In this document: piece by piece, positions 31,395-39,795 of the stretch
Layout: each line of letters opens with the position of its first letter
Position numbering within the stretch: position 1 is the stretch's first letter
Source of the DNA: an uncultured Candidatus Binatia bacterium
GTDB taxonomy: Bacteria > Desulfobacterota > Binatia > UBA9968 > JAJDTQ01
Direction: 5' to 3'
NCBI GenBank assembly: GCA_965242525.1
Contig: OZ251459.1
Location: 3,904,001-3,968,000, forward strand
Length of the DNA: 64,000 bases
Notes under the pieces: model-generated
The model's database searches: none
Told to the model about the DNA's origin: nothing
The model's input: only the letters and a program-made list of their open reading frames with translations
Made by a program: the position numbers and the translations under genes

Positions 31395-32389
31395 AGAGCG
31401 CGTCCTTCGACTTCGCTTCGCTACGCTCAGGACGAACGGATATGGGAGGTCTTCAGCGTATGGAGAAGCCACAACGGGCGCCCTATGTTCAGGACGAACG
31501 GGGATAGGAGGTCTTCAGCGCACGGAGAAGCGGCAACCGCGTTCTCGTCGGCGTAGCCGCCGATCTGGTCTCGGGATAGGAGGTCTTCAAGCGTACGGAG
31601 AAGCCGCAACGGGCGCCCTACGCTCAGGACGAACGGGGATAGGGGGGTCACGTGAGGGAATGCCTCTCGTCCACGGATCGATTCTTCAGGGTTTCCGCAA
31701 GAGGGAAAGGGAAGCGACAGGGGTCAGGCCGTCATGGCTCCGCGGCCGCCCACCCCGTCCCTCCCGCAGACGCTCGCCGGTCCTTCCCGCGAAAGCCCAC
31801 GCCCCGTCATTCCCGCAGACGCCTACGCGGTCATTCCCGCGGCCGCTCGCCCCCTCCTTCCCGCGGCCGCCCGCCCCGACATTCCCGCAGACGCCCACGC
31901 CCCGTCATTCCCGCGAAAGCGGGAATCCATTGTCTGCATCGCTCCCGTTGCACAAACCTCTCCAAGTCGGACGATTCTCGTGTTGCCAGATCCGCGGAAT
32001 GGGATTCGACGTGGCGCCGACATACAGGGCGCCATGGGTTTGGTCGGAAGGATGGAAGCGAATGGCCGGATTCCCACCCCCGCTTCCGCAAGGACATGCT
32101 TTCACGGGAAGGACAAGTCGTCTTCGCGGGAATGTCGTCTGGATTCCCGCTTTCGCGGGAATGACGGGTCGAACGTCTGCAGGGATGATGACGACATTCC
32201 ATTCCCGTTATGACGGGTCGAGTGTCGCGGGGATGATGGCGACATTCCATCCCCGTTCGCCTTGAGCGTAGGGCGCCCGTTGCCGCTTCTCCATACGCCG
32301 AAGACCTCCCATATCCGTTCGTCCTGAGCGTAGCGAAGCGAAGTCGAAGGACGCGCTCTTGCCCCCTGTCCCGATTGTTCAGAGGTTCC
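31395..32389. repeat. Nested repeat complex: ~110-bp outer inverted repeats, tandem units, REP palindromes
   Basis: 31395-31505 is the near-exact reverse complement of 32249-32359. REP copies at 31903-31929 and 32140-32166. TIR-like ends at about 31696 and 32389. Confidence 0.85.
31950..32066 (-). pseudogene. Frameshifted GIY-YIG (YhbQ-like) nuclease fragment
   Basis: FASILPTKP / HGALYVGATSNPIPRIWQHEN across a 1-nt frameshift, resembling YILASKPNGTLYVGVTSDLxRRIWQHK. Confidence 0.7.
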
Positions 32390-32417
32390 CGAAGTCGAAA
32401 GACGCCGTCCTTCCGGC

Positions 32418-33296
32418 TCAACGGCTCAGGATGATCGAGATGGTCCCGGTCATCACCGCGAAGGTGCCGGTGACGGTGCGGGCGTTGACCTGTTCGATGC
32501 CGCGCAGGAAGACCACGGTGAGGATCAGGGTCCACAGGGGCGTGGAGGCGACGATGGGCGACACCACCACCACGCGCCCGAGGCTTACGGCGATGAGCGA
32601 CAGCAGCGACGCTGCGGACTCGAACAGGCCGGACAGGAGGAAGCGGGACAGGGCGCGCCGATTGAACACCAGCTTTTCGGTCCTGAGACGGGCGCCGAGG
32701 TACGGGCTCAGGGAGACGAAGGAGACCACCGCCAGGACCGCGGCGAAGTACAGGGGCTCGTTGGAGATGTCGAAGGCGATGCGCCTTACCGGGAACGCGA
32801 TGCCGGCGAACAGCGCGGCCAGGAGCGGGAAGACCGCCTCCCACCATTGGTAGCGCAGGCCGGAGTCCGCGGGTTGCCAGGAGATCAGTCCGATGCCGCC
32901 CACCACCAGCACCGTGCCCGCAAGGATCCCGGGACCTGCCTGCTCCCGGAGGAACACGATGGCGATGAGGGCGCTCCACAGCGGATAGGTGTTGCGCAGG
33001 GGCTCGGCCCGGGCGGCTCCGAGCCGGTGGATGCCGGTCAACTGGAGTACGCTGGTGGCGGTCTGGAGGACTCCGAGTCCCACGAACAACAGCAGCGGCA
33101 GCCATTCCACGCGGGGGACCCCGCCCGTCAGGAAGACGCCGCTCCAGAACACCACGGTGCGGATGAACAGCACCACGCACGCCGCGGTCAGGGGAGTCGA
33201 GTGCCGCATTCCCATGCGCGCGGTGATGGAGTTGCCGGAGTAGAGGATGGCCGCCATGAGGGCCACGAACTCCGGGGCTATGGAATCGGGTCGCAT
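32418..33296 (-). CDS. DMT/EamA family transporter
   Basis: About 10 TM segments in two EamA repeats (YPLW..FLRE; TPLW..FLRG). Confidence 0.88.
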   Translation of the reverse strand: MRPDSIAPEFVALMAAILYSGNSITARMGMRHSTPLTAACVVLFIRTVVFWSGVFLTGGVPRVEWLPLLLFVGLGVLQTATSVLQLTGIHRLGAARAEPLRNTYPLWSALIAIVFLREQAGPGILAGTVLVVGGIGLISWQPADSGLRYQWWEAVFPLLAALFAGIAFPVRRIAFDISNEPLYFAAVLAVVSFVSLSPYLGARLRTEKLVFNRRALSRFLLSGLFESAASLLSLIAVSLGRVVVVSPIVASTPLWTLILTVVFLRGIEQVNARTVTGTFAVMTGTISIILSR

Positions 33297-33330
33297 GGAA
33301 TGTCGCAGTCTGCCCCGTTGACTTGCCCCC

Positions 33331-33353
33331 GGGAGCGCGGGCGTCCCGCCCGC
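33331..33353. repeat. REP-like hairpin GGGAGCGCGGGCGTCCCGCCCGC
   Basis: GCGGGCG-TCC-CGCCCGC palindrome in an intergenic region; single copy in this window. Confidence 0.45.
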
Positions 33354-33616
33354 ACGCGGCCCCGAGGGTCCACCCGCAGCAAGACGACGGAGGCGCAAGT
33401 CGTCGGTGGACAGCCTGAATCATGCCATACGGACGGACCGGCACAAAGCTCCGCCGGCCCGTTCGACTGCGCCGACCGGGTTCCGAACGGGCAGGGGATG
33501 GGCAGCGGTCCTTCCCGGAAGCGCGCTTGAGTCGGTCTCGGAAGGCGTGGTAGGAATGGGGCCAGGTGAACGGACCCGTGCTCGAAAAATCAACTTCAAC
33601 CCGTGGGAGCCATCCG

Positions 33617-34618
33617 ATGAAGACCGTACTCCGATTCCTGGCGGCAGTCGTGGTTTCGATGGGCGGGGCCGCGGCGCAGGCCGCGGACTTCAAGCCCGCG
33701 GTGATCTATGACCGGGGCGGCAAGTTCGACAAGTCGTTCAACGAAATCGTGTACGAGGGCGTGAAGCGGTTCATCCGGGAGACCGGCATCGAGGTGATGG
33801 AGTTCGAGGTGACCCAGGAGGCCCAACGACGCCGCGGCATGGAGCGCCTGATACAGCGCGGCGCCACCGCCCTGCTCGGGGTCGGGTTCGCCTACGCCGA
33901 CGCCATCGATACGGTGGCCCAGGCCCACCCGGAGGTCCGGTTCGGGATCATCGACGTGTTCTGGCTGGATCGGCCGAACCTGCGCCAGTACTCGTTCGAG
34001 GAGCACGAGGGCAGCTATCTGGTGGGCGTGGCCGCGGCCTTGAAGTCCGAGAGCGGCATCGTGGGCTTCGTGGGCGGGATGGACGTTCCCCTGATCCGCA
34101 AGTTCGCGTGCGGCTACGTCCAGGGCGTCAAGTCGGTCAACCCGGCCATCCGGGTGCTGCAGAACATGACCGGCGCCACCCCCGCGGCCTGGAACGATCC
34201 GGTGAAGGGCGGCGAGTTGGCCCAGAGCCAGATCGACCGGGGCGCGGACGTGGTCTATCACGCGGCCGGGGCCACCGGCGTCGGCGTGATCCGCACCGCC
34301 GCGGACGCCGGCAAGCTGGCCATCGGCGTGGACGCGAACCAGAACTACCTGGCGCCGGGCAACGTGTTGACGTCCATGGTGAAGCGGGTGGACGTGGCCG
34401 CCTACCGTTATTTCAAGGACGTCCGGGAAGGCCGGTTCGTCCCGGGAGTCGTGCGGTTGGGGCTGGCCGAAGGCGGGGTCGATTGGGCGGTGGACGAGCA
34501 CAACCGGGCGCTGGTGGCCGGTGAGGTCGAAGCCGCGGTGAGCGCGGCGCGCGCGGCCATCATCTCCGGCAAGATCAGCGTGCACAACTACGAGGACGAT
34601 TCCTCGTGTCCGTTCTAG
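33617..34618 (+). CDS. BMP-family (nucleoside/purine) ABC substrate-binding protein
   Basis: Signal peptide, GGKFDKSFN, FEEHEGSYLVG, AAGATG, IGVDANQN, TSMVKRVD. Confidence 0.93.
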   Translation: MKTVLRFLAAVVVSMGGAAAQAADFKPAVIYDRGGKFDKSFNEIVYEGVKRFIRETGIEVMEFEVTQEAQRRRGMERLIQRGATALLGVGFAYADAIDTVAQAHPEVRFGIIDVFWLDRPNLRQYSFEEHEGSYLVGVAAALKSESGIVGFVGGMDVPLIRKFACGYVQGVKSVNPAIRVLQNMTGATPAAWNDPVKGGELAQSQIDRGADVVYHAAGATGVGVIRTAADAGKLAIGVDANQNYLAPGNVLTSMVKRVDVAAYRYFKDVREGRFVPGVVRLGLAEGGVDWAVDEHNRALVAGEVEAAVSAARAAIISGKISVHNYEDDSSCPF

Positions 34619-34628
34619 GGGCAACGGC

Positions 34629-36257
34629 TTGCCGCGCTTCACGAGTCCGCGGACGGGAGGCGTCGGTGAGGGAAAGCGACGCAAAGCCTTTCCGGGGCCG
34701 GCCGCGGTGGACCTCCGCGGCATCCACAAGAGTTTCGGCCCGGTCCACGCCAACCGCGACATCCACCTCCGGGTAGAACGCGGCTCCATCACCGGCATCA
34801 TCGGCGAGAACGGCGCCGGCAAGTCCACGCTGGTCTCCATCCTCTACGGCTTCTACGCCGCGGACCGCGGCGAGATCCTCATCGACGGCGAGTTCGTGCG
34901 CCTGGCCGGAACCGCGGACGCCATCGCCCACGGCATCGGCATGGTGCACCAGCACTTCATGCTGGCGCCGACCCTGACGGTGCTCGAGAACGTGATGCTG
35001 GGGAACGAGGGCGGTCCGCTGCTGGCCCGGGGCTCGCAGGCCGCGCGCACGCGGATGGCCGAGTTGAGCGCCCTCTACGGCCTGGACCTGGACCCGGACG
35101 CGCCGGCGGGGGAGTTGCCGGTGGGTCTGCAACAACGGGTGGAGATCGTCAAGGCCTTGTTGCGCGGCGCGCGCATCCTGATCCTGGACGAGCCCACCGG
35201 CGTGCTGACCCCACAGGAAGCCGACCGCCTGTTCGACATCCTCCGGGTGCTCAAGGGCGGCGGCGTCACCGCCATCCTCATCACCCACAAGCTGCGGGAG
35301 GTCCTGGCGGTCACGGACGTGGTGCACGTCATGCGGCGAGGCGAGATGGTGGCCCGCCGGGAGACCCGGGCCACCGGCCAGGATGAGTTGGCCCGGCTCA
35401 TGGTCGGCCGCGACGTGACGTCCGCGGCGAGCCGGGGGTCGGGCGGGCCGCCGGGACCGCCGGTGCTCACCGTCGAGGACCTGAGCCACGCCGACGCCCG
35501 CGGCGTCCCTTGCCTCGCCCACGTGAGCTTCGAACTCCGCGCGGGGGAGATCCTCGGCGTCGCCGGGGTGGCCGGCAACGGGCAGTCCGAGTTGCTGGAC
35601 GTCCTCTCCGGCATGGCCCCGCCCCAGTCGGGCCGCATGACCCTGGCGGGCCGGACCGTCACCCCGGAGAGCCCGGCCGACCCTGCCGCCCTGCGCCGCC
35701 TGGGCTTGGCGCACGTCCCGGAAGACCGCCAGCGACGCGGACTGGTGCTCCCGTTCACCGCGTCCGAGTCCTCCATACTCGGCTACCAGGACGGGGAGGA
35801 GGCCGGCGCCGGCATCCTGCTGGCCCTCGCCGCCATCCGGCAGCGCTGCGCCGACCTCATGGGGCGCTACGACGTGCGCCCGCCCGACCCCGGCCTCCGT
35901 TGCGGCAGCTTCTCCGGCGGCAACCAGCAGAAGCTCGTGGTGGCCCGGGAACTGTCCGCGGCCCCCAGGGTCCTGCTGGTGGGACAGCCCACCCGCGGGT
36001 TGGACATCGGCGCCATCGAGTCCATCCACTCCCGGCTGCGCGACATCCGCGACGCCGGCTGCGCCATCCTGCTGGTGTCTGTGGAGCTGGACGAGATCCT
36101 GGCCCTGTGCGACCGCATACTGGTGATGAACGCGGGGCGGGTCGTGGGCGAGGTCCCCCGCGGCGAGGCCGACGCCAAGCGCATCGGCTTGATGATGGCC
36201 GGCGTGGGCCGGACGGAACGGGCGGACCGGCCGGCGGAACGGGCGACCCCTGCGTGA
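34629..36257 (+). CDS. ABC transporter ATP-binding protein (tandem domains)
   Basis: GENGAGKST, MVHQHF, LDEPT, FSGGNQQK, QPTRGLD. Start uncertain. Confidence 0.93.
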   Translation: MPRFTSPRTGGVGEGKRRKAFPGPAAVDLRGIHKSFGPVHANRDIHLRVERGSITGIIGENGAGKSTLVSILYGFYAADRGEILIDGEFVRLAGTADAIAHGIGMVHQHFMLAPTLTVLENVMLGNEGGPLLARGSQAARTRMAELSALYGLDLDPDAPAGELPVGLQQRVEIVKALLRGARILILDEPTGVLTPQEADRLFDILRVLKGGGVTAILITHKLREVLAVTDVVHVMRRGEMVARRETRATGQDELARLMVGRDVTSAASRGSGGPPGPPVLTVEDLSHADARGVPCLAHVSFELRAGEILGVAGVAGNGQSELLDVLSGMAPPQSGRMTLAGRTVTPESPADPAALRRLGLAHVPEDRQRRGLVLPFTASESSILGYQDGEEAGAGILLALAAIRQRCADLMGRYDVRPPDPGLRCGSFSGGNQQKLVVARELSAAPRVLLVGQPTRGLDIGAIESIHSRLRDIRDAGCAILLVSVELDEILALCDRILVMNAGRVVGEVPRGEADAKRIGLMMAGVGRTERADRPAERATPA

Positions 36258-37372
36258 GCGCGCCGCCGCTTCCCCGCTGGGCGGACGTGGGCCTGTTGCC
36301 CCTGGTCAACCTGGCCCTGGCGCTGGTCGTGTCGAGCCTGGTGGTGCTCGCGGTGGGCGAAGACCCGGTCCGCGCCATGGACGTCATGGTCCGGGGCGCC
36401 TTCGTCTATGAGGGCAGCCTCGGCTACACCCTCTACTACGCCACCAACTTCCTGTTCACCGGACTCGCGGTCTCGGTGGCTTTCCACGCCATGCTGTTCA
36501 ACATCGGCGGCGAGGGGCAGGCCGCCATGGGCGGGCTGGGCGCGGCCCTCGTCTGCCTGGCGCTGGACTCGGTGTTGCCGGGCCTGCTGCTGCTTCCCCT
36601 CGCGGTCGCCGCGGCCGCGGCCTTCGGCGCCGCCTGGGCCCTGGCCCCGGCGTGGCTCCAGGCCCGGCGCGGCAGCCACATCGTCATCACCACCATCATG
36701 TGCAACTTCATCGCCGCGGGGGTCCTGGTCTCGCTGCTGACCGGGCCGCTCATGGAGCAGGGCCAGATCTCCCCCGCGTCCCGGTCCTTCGCGGAGAGCG
36801 CGCGCCTTCCCGCGGTGCACGAGATCCTCGCCGCGGTGGGCGTCGAGACGGCCCACTCGCCCCTGAACCTCTCCTTCGTGCTGGCGCTGGCGGCGTGCGT
36901 CTTCGTCTGGCTGCTGATCTGGCGCACCCGTTTCGGCTACGCGCTCCGCACCCTGGGCCACAGCCCCCAGGCCGCGGCCTACGCGGGCGTCCGCATCCCG
37001 CGCACCATCGTCCTGGCCATGGCGGTCTCCGGCGGCCTCGCCGGCCTCATGGCCGTCAACGAGGTGGTGGGAGCGCAGCAGCGCCTGCTGCTGGACTTCA
37101 CCGCGGGGTACGGCTTCACCGGCATCGCGGTGGCGCTCATGGGCCGCAACCATCCGGTGGGCGTGGTCCTCGCGAGCCTGCTGTTCGGCGCCCTCTACCA
37201 GGGCGGCAGCGAACTCGACCTGGAGTTCCGCACCATCACCCGTGACCTGCTGCTGGTGATCCAGGGTCTCATCATCCTGTTCTCCGGGGCCCTGGCCTAC
37301 ATGCTGGACCCGCCCCTCGCCCGCCTGATCGCGGGCCTGACGCGGCGCCGCCCGCGGGAGGCGCCGGCATGA
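36254..37372 (+). CDS. ABC transporter permease
   Basis: GTG overlapping the upstream stop; FNIGGEGQ, GYGFTGIAVALMGRNHP. Confidence 0.92.
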   Translation: MSAPPLPRWADVGLLPLVNLALALVVSSLVVLAVGEDPVRAMDVMVRGAFVYEGSLGYTLYYATNFLFTGLAVSVAFHAMLFNIGGEGQAAMGGLGAALVCLALDSVLPGLLLLPLAVAAAAAFGAAWALAPAWLQARRGSHIVITTIMCNFIAAGVLVSLLTGPLMEQGQISPASRSFAESARLPAVHEILAAVGVETAHSPLNLSFVLALAACVFVWLLIWRTRFGYALRTLGHSPQAAAYAGVRIPRTIVLAMAVSGGLAGLMAVNEVVGAQQRLLLDFTAGYGFTGIAVALMGRNHPVGVVLASLLFGALYQGGSELDLEFRTITRDLLLVIQGLIILFSGALAYMLDPPLARLIAGLTRRRPREAPA

Positions 37373-38343
37373 GCGAGTTCGCGTTCCAGGTCCTGCTGAC
37401 CTTCGACGCCGCCCTGCGGCTGGCGACGCCGCTCGTCCTGTGCGCTCTGGCGGGCATCTTCTCGGAGCGGTCCGGGGTCATCGACATCTCGCTGGAAGGC
37501 AAGCTGCTGGGCAGCGCCTTTGCCGCGGCCGCGGTGGCGAGCGTCAGCGGGTCGGTTTACCTGGGGCTGCTGGCTGCGGTGGGCGTCTCGGTGTGCATGG
37601 CCCTGGTGCACGGCTTCGCCTGCATCACCCAGCGGGGCAACCAGATCGTCAGCGGGCTGGCCCTGAACATCCTGGCCTCGGGCCTGACCGTCACCCTGGG
37701 CGTGGCGTTCTTCGAGCGCGGCGGACAGACCCCGGCCCTGGGCGCGGCCCAGCGCTTTCAACCGATCCGGCTTCCGCTGACCGAGGCGCTGCAGGACGTG
37801 CCCCTGATCGGGGTCGCATACGGCGAGTTGCTGAGCGGCCACAAGCTCATGGTCTATCTGGCCTTCCTGGCGGCGCCGCTGGCCGCGCTGCTGCTCGCCA
37901 GGACCCGCTTCGGCCTGCGCCTGCGCGCGGTGGGAGAGTCGCCGGAAGCGGTGGACAGCGCCGGCGTCTCGGTCCCGTGGCTGCGCTACCGCGCGGTGGC
38001 CCTGGCCGGCGTCCTGTGCGGCGTCGCGGGGGCCTACCTCTCCACCGCCCACGGAGCAGGGTTCATACGGGAGATGAGCGCCGGCAAGGGCTACATGGCC
38101 CTGGCGGCCATGGTCTTCGGCAAGTGGCGGCCCTGGCCGTCGCTCCTGGCCTGCCTGCTGTTCGGTTTCCTGGAGGCCGCGTCCGCGCGCCTGCAAGGCG
38201 TGGACCTGCCCCTGGTCGGACAGGCGCCCACCCACCTGATACTGGTCCTGCCCTACGTGCTGACGGTGGTCCTGCTGGCCGGTTTCTTCGGCCGCGCCGA
38301 GGCGCCCAAGGCCCTGGGAACGCCTTACGTGAAGGAGCATTGA
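37369..38343 (+). CDS. ABC transporter permease
   Basis: ERSGVIDISLEG, GLRLRAVGE, GKGYMALAA, PKALGTPY. Confidence 0.93.
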   Translation: MSEFAFQVLLTFDAALRLATPLVLCALAGIFSERSGVIDISLEGKLLGSAFAAAAVASVSGSVYLGLLAAVGVSVCMALVHGFACITQRGNQIVSGLALNILASGLTVTLGVAFFERGGQTPALGAAQRFQPIRLPLTEALQDVPLIGVAYGELLSGHKLMVYLAFLAAPLAALLLARTRFGLRLRAVGESPEAVDSAGVSVPWLRYRAVALAGVLCGVAGAYLSTAHGAGFIREMSAGKGYMALAAMVFGKWRPWPSLLACLLFGFLEAASARLQGVDLPLVGQAPTHLILVLPYVLTVVLLAGFFGRAEAPKALGTPYVKEH

Positions 38344-38385
38344 CGGGGTAAGTGGGAACCGCCCTTTCACTACGGTCGATCCGGT

Positions 38386-39300
38386 TTGATCCATGCCGAC
38401 TGCTTCGACTGGCTGGAGGGCCAGGAACCGAACCGCTTCCATGCAGTGGTGACCGACCCGCCTTACGGCTTGCACGAATACACGCATGAACAGCAGGAGA
38501 AGCTGCGCAGCGGAAAAGGCGGCGTCTGGCGCATACCGCCTTCTTTCGACGGGAACAGACGCTCTCCGCTGCCCCGGTTTACCACGCTGACGCAGGAACA
38601 GTTGGAACGGTTGGGGTCGTTCTTCCTCGTATGGGGGAAGTCGTTGCTTCCGAGACTCGTTCCCGGAGCCCATGTGGTCGTCGCCTCCAATCCTCTCGTT
38701 TCCTACATCGTTTCCACCGCCCTGGCCGAAGCCGGCCTGGAGAGACGGGGAGAGATCGTGCGCCTGACCATGACCATGCGCGGCGGAGACCGGCCCAAGG
38801 CCGCCCAGGAAGAATTCCATCGGGTCAGCGTCATGCCGCGTTCCATGTGGGAGCCGTGGATCGTGTGCCGAAAACCCCTGGAAGGCCGCGTGCAGGACAA
38901 CCTGAGGAAATGGAAGACGGGCGGCTTTCGACGTCCGTCGCCGGACAAGCCCTTCGGCGACGTCCTGGCGTCACGGCCTACGAGGAAGACGGAAAGGGAT
39001 CTTGCTCCCCACCCCAGCCTGAAGCCTCAAGCCTTCCTGAGGCAAGTCGTCCACGCCGCGTTGCCTTTGGGAGAAGGCGTGATCCTCGATCCGTTTGCCG
39101 GATCCGGTTCCACGTTGGCCGCGGCAGAGGCGGTGGGTTACGAGAGCATCGGCGTCGAGAGGGATACCGAGTTCTTCTCGCTGGCGCGCGAAGCGATACC
39201 GAAGCTGGCCAAACTCAAGACCAACGGGAGCGCTACAGCCTGTATATCCAGCTATCCCGTGCAGTTCAGGGAGCGTTTCGACGTGGAGGGTGGAAGATGA
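38386..39300 (+). CDS. Orphan N4/N6 DNA methyltransferase (beta-class motif order)
   Basis: TDPPY precedes HPSLKP and LDPFAGSGST. The 5' end may be slightly truncated. Confidence 0.9.
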   Translation: MIHADCFDWLEGQEPNRFHAVVTDPPYGLHEYTHEQQEKLRSGKGGVWRIPPSFDGNRRSPLPRFTTLTQEQLERLGSFFLVWGKSLLPRLVPGAHVVVASNPLVSYIVSTALAEAGLERRGEIVRLTMTMRGGDRPKAAQEEFHRVSVMPRSMWEPWIVCRKPLEGRVQDNLRKWKTGGFRRPSPDKPFGDVLASRPTRKTERDLAPHPSLKPQAFLRQVVHAALPLGEGVILDPFAGSGSTLAAAEAVGYESIGVERDTEFFSLAREAIPKLAKLKTNGSATACISSYPVQFRERFDVEGGR

Positions 39301-39545
39301 CGGCACGGCGTGTCTCGGCGACAGAGTTCAAGGCCAAGTGCCTGCGCATCATCAAGGAGATGAATGGCGACGGGCAACCGGTGACCGTCACCAATCGCGG
39401 GCGGGCGGTGGCGGTCTTGTCGCCGATACCGGCGTCGGACGAGCAACCGTCGCCGTTCATCGGCATGATGCGGGGCACGGTGTTGCGGTACGAAGACCCC
39501 TTCGAGCCTGCGGCCTCGCCATCCGACTGGTCCGTCCTGCGGTGA
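39297..39545 (+). CDS. Phd/YefM-family antitoxin
   Basis: MTARRVSATEFKAKCLRII..PVTVTNRGRAVAVLSP; GGAGG RBS. Confidence 0.9.
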   Translation: MTARRVSATEFKAKCLRIIKEMNGDGQPVTVTNRGRAVAVLSPIPASDEQPSPFIGMMRGTVLRYEDPFEPAASPSDWSVLR

Positions 39546-39670
39546 TCCTGCTCGACACCCATGTGCTGGTATGGTCCGTGGAGGGCCACCCGCGGCTTGG
39601 CGTGGCCGCAGGCGCCCGCATCAAGGAAACGAGACGAACGGATCGGGTCGGGGTGTCGGCCATGACCCCG
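39542..39670 (+). pseudogene. Truncated PIN/VapC toxin
   Basis: GTG-ILLDTHVLVW..RLG..VGVSA, after which resemblance ends; no C-terminal PIN acidic motifs. Confidence 0.75.
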
Positions 39671-39795
39671 ACGACTTCGGGCCACATGAGCCTCTACCTA
39701 TGGAGCACTATCTGGGTTAGAATGGTTGCCTGGTCGCTCATGTACAGGGTCCATCAGGGGCACGACATGCGCGCGAGCCATCGAGCACATTGAAA

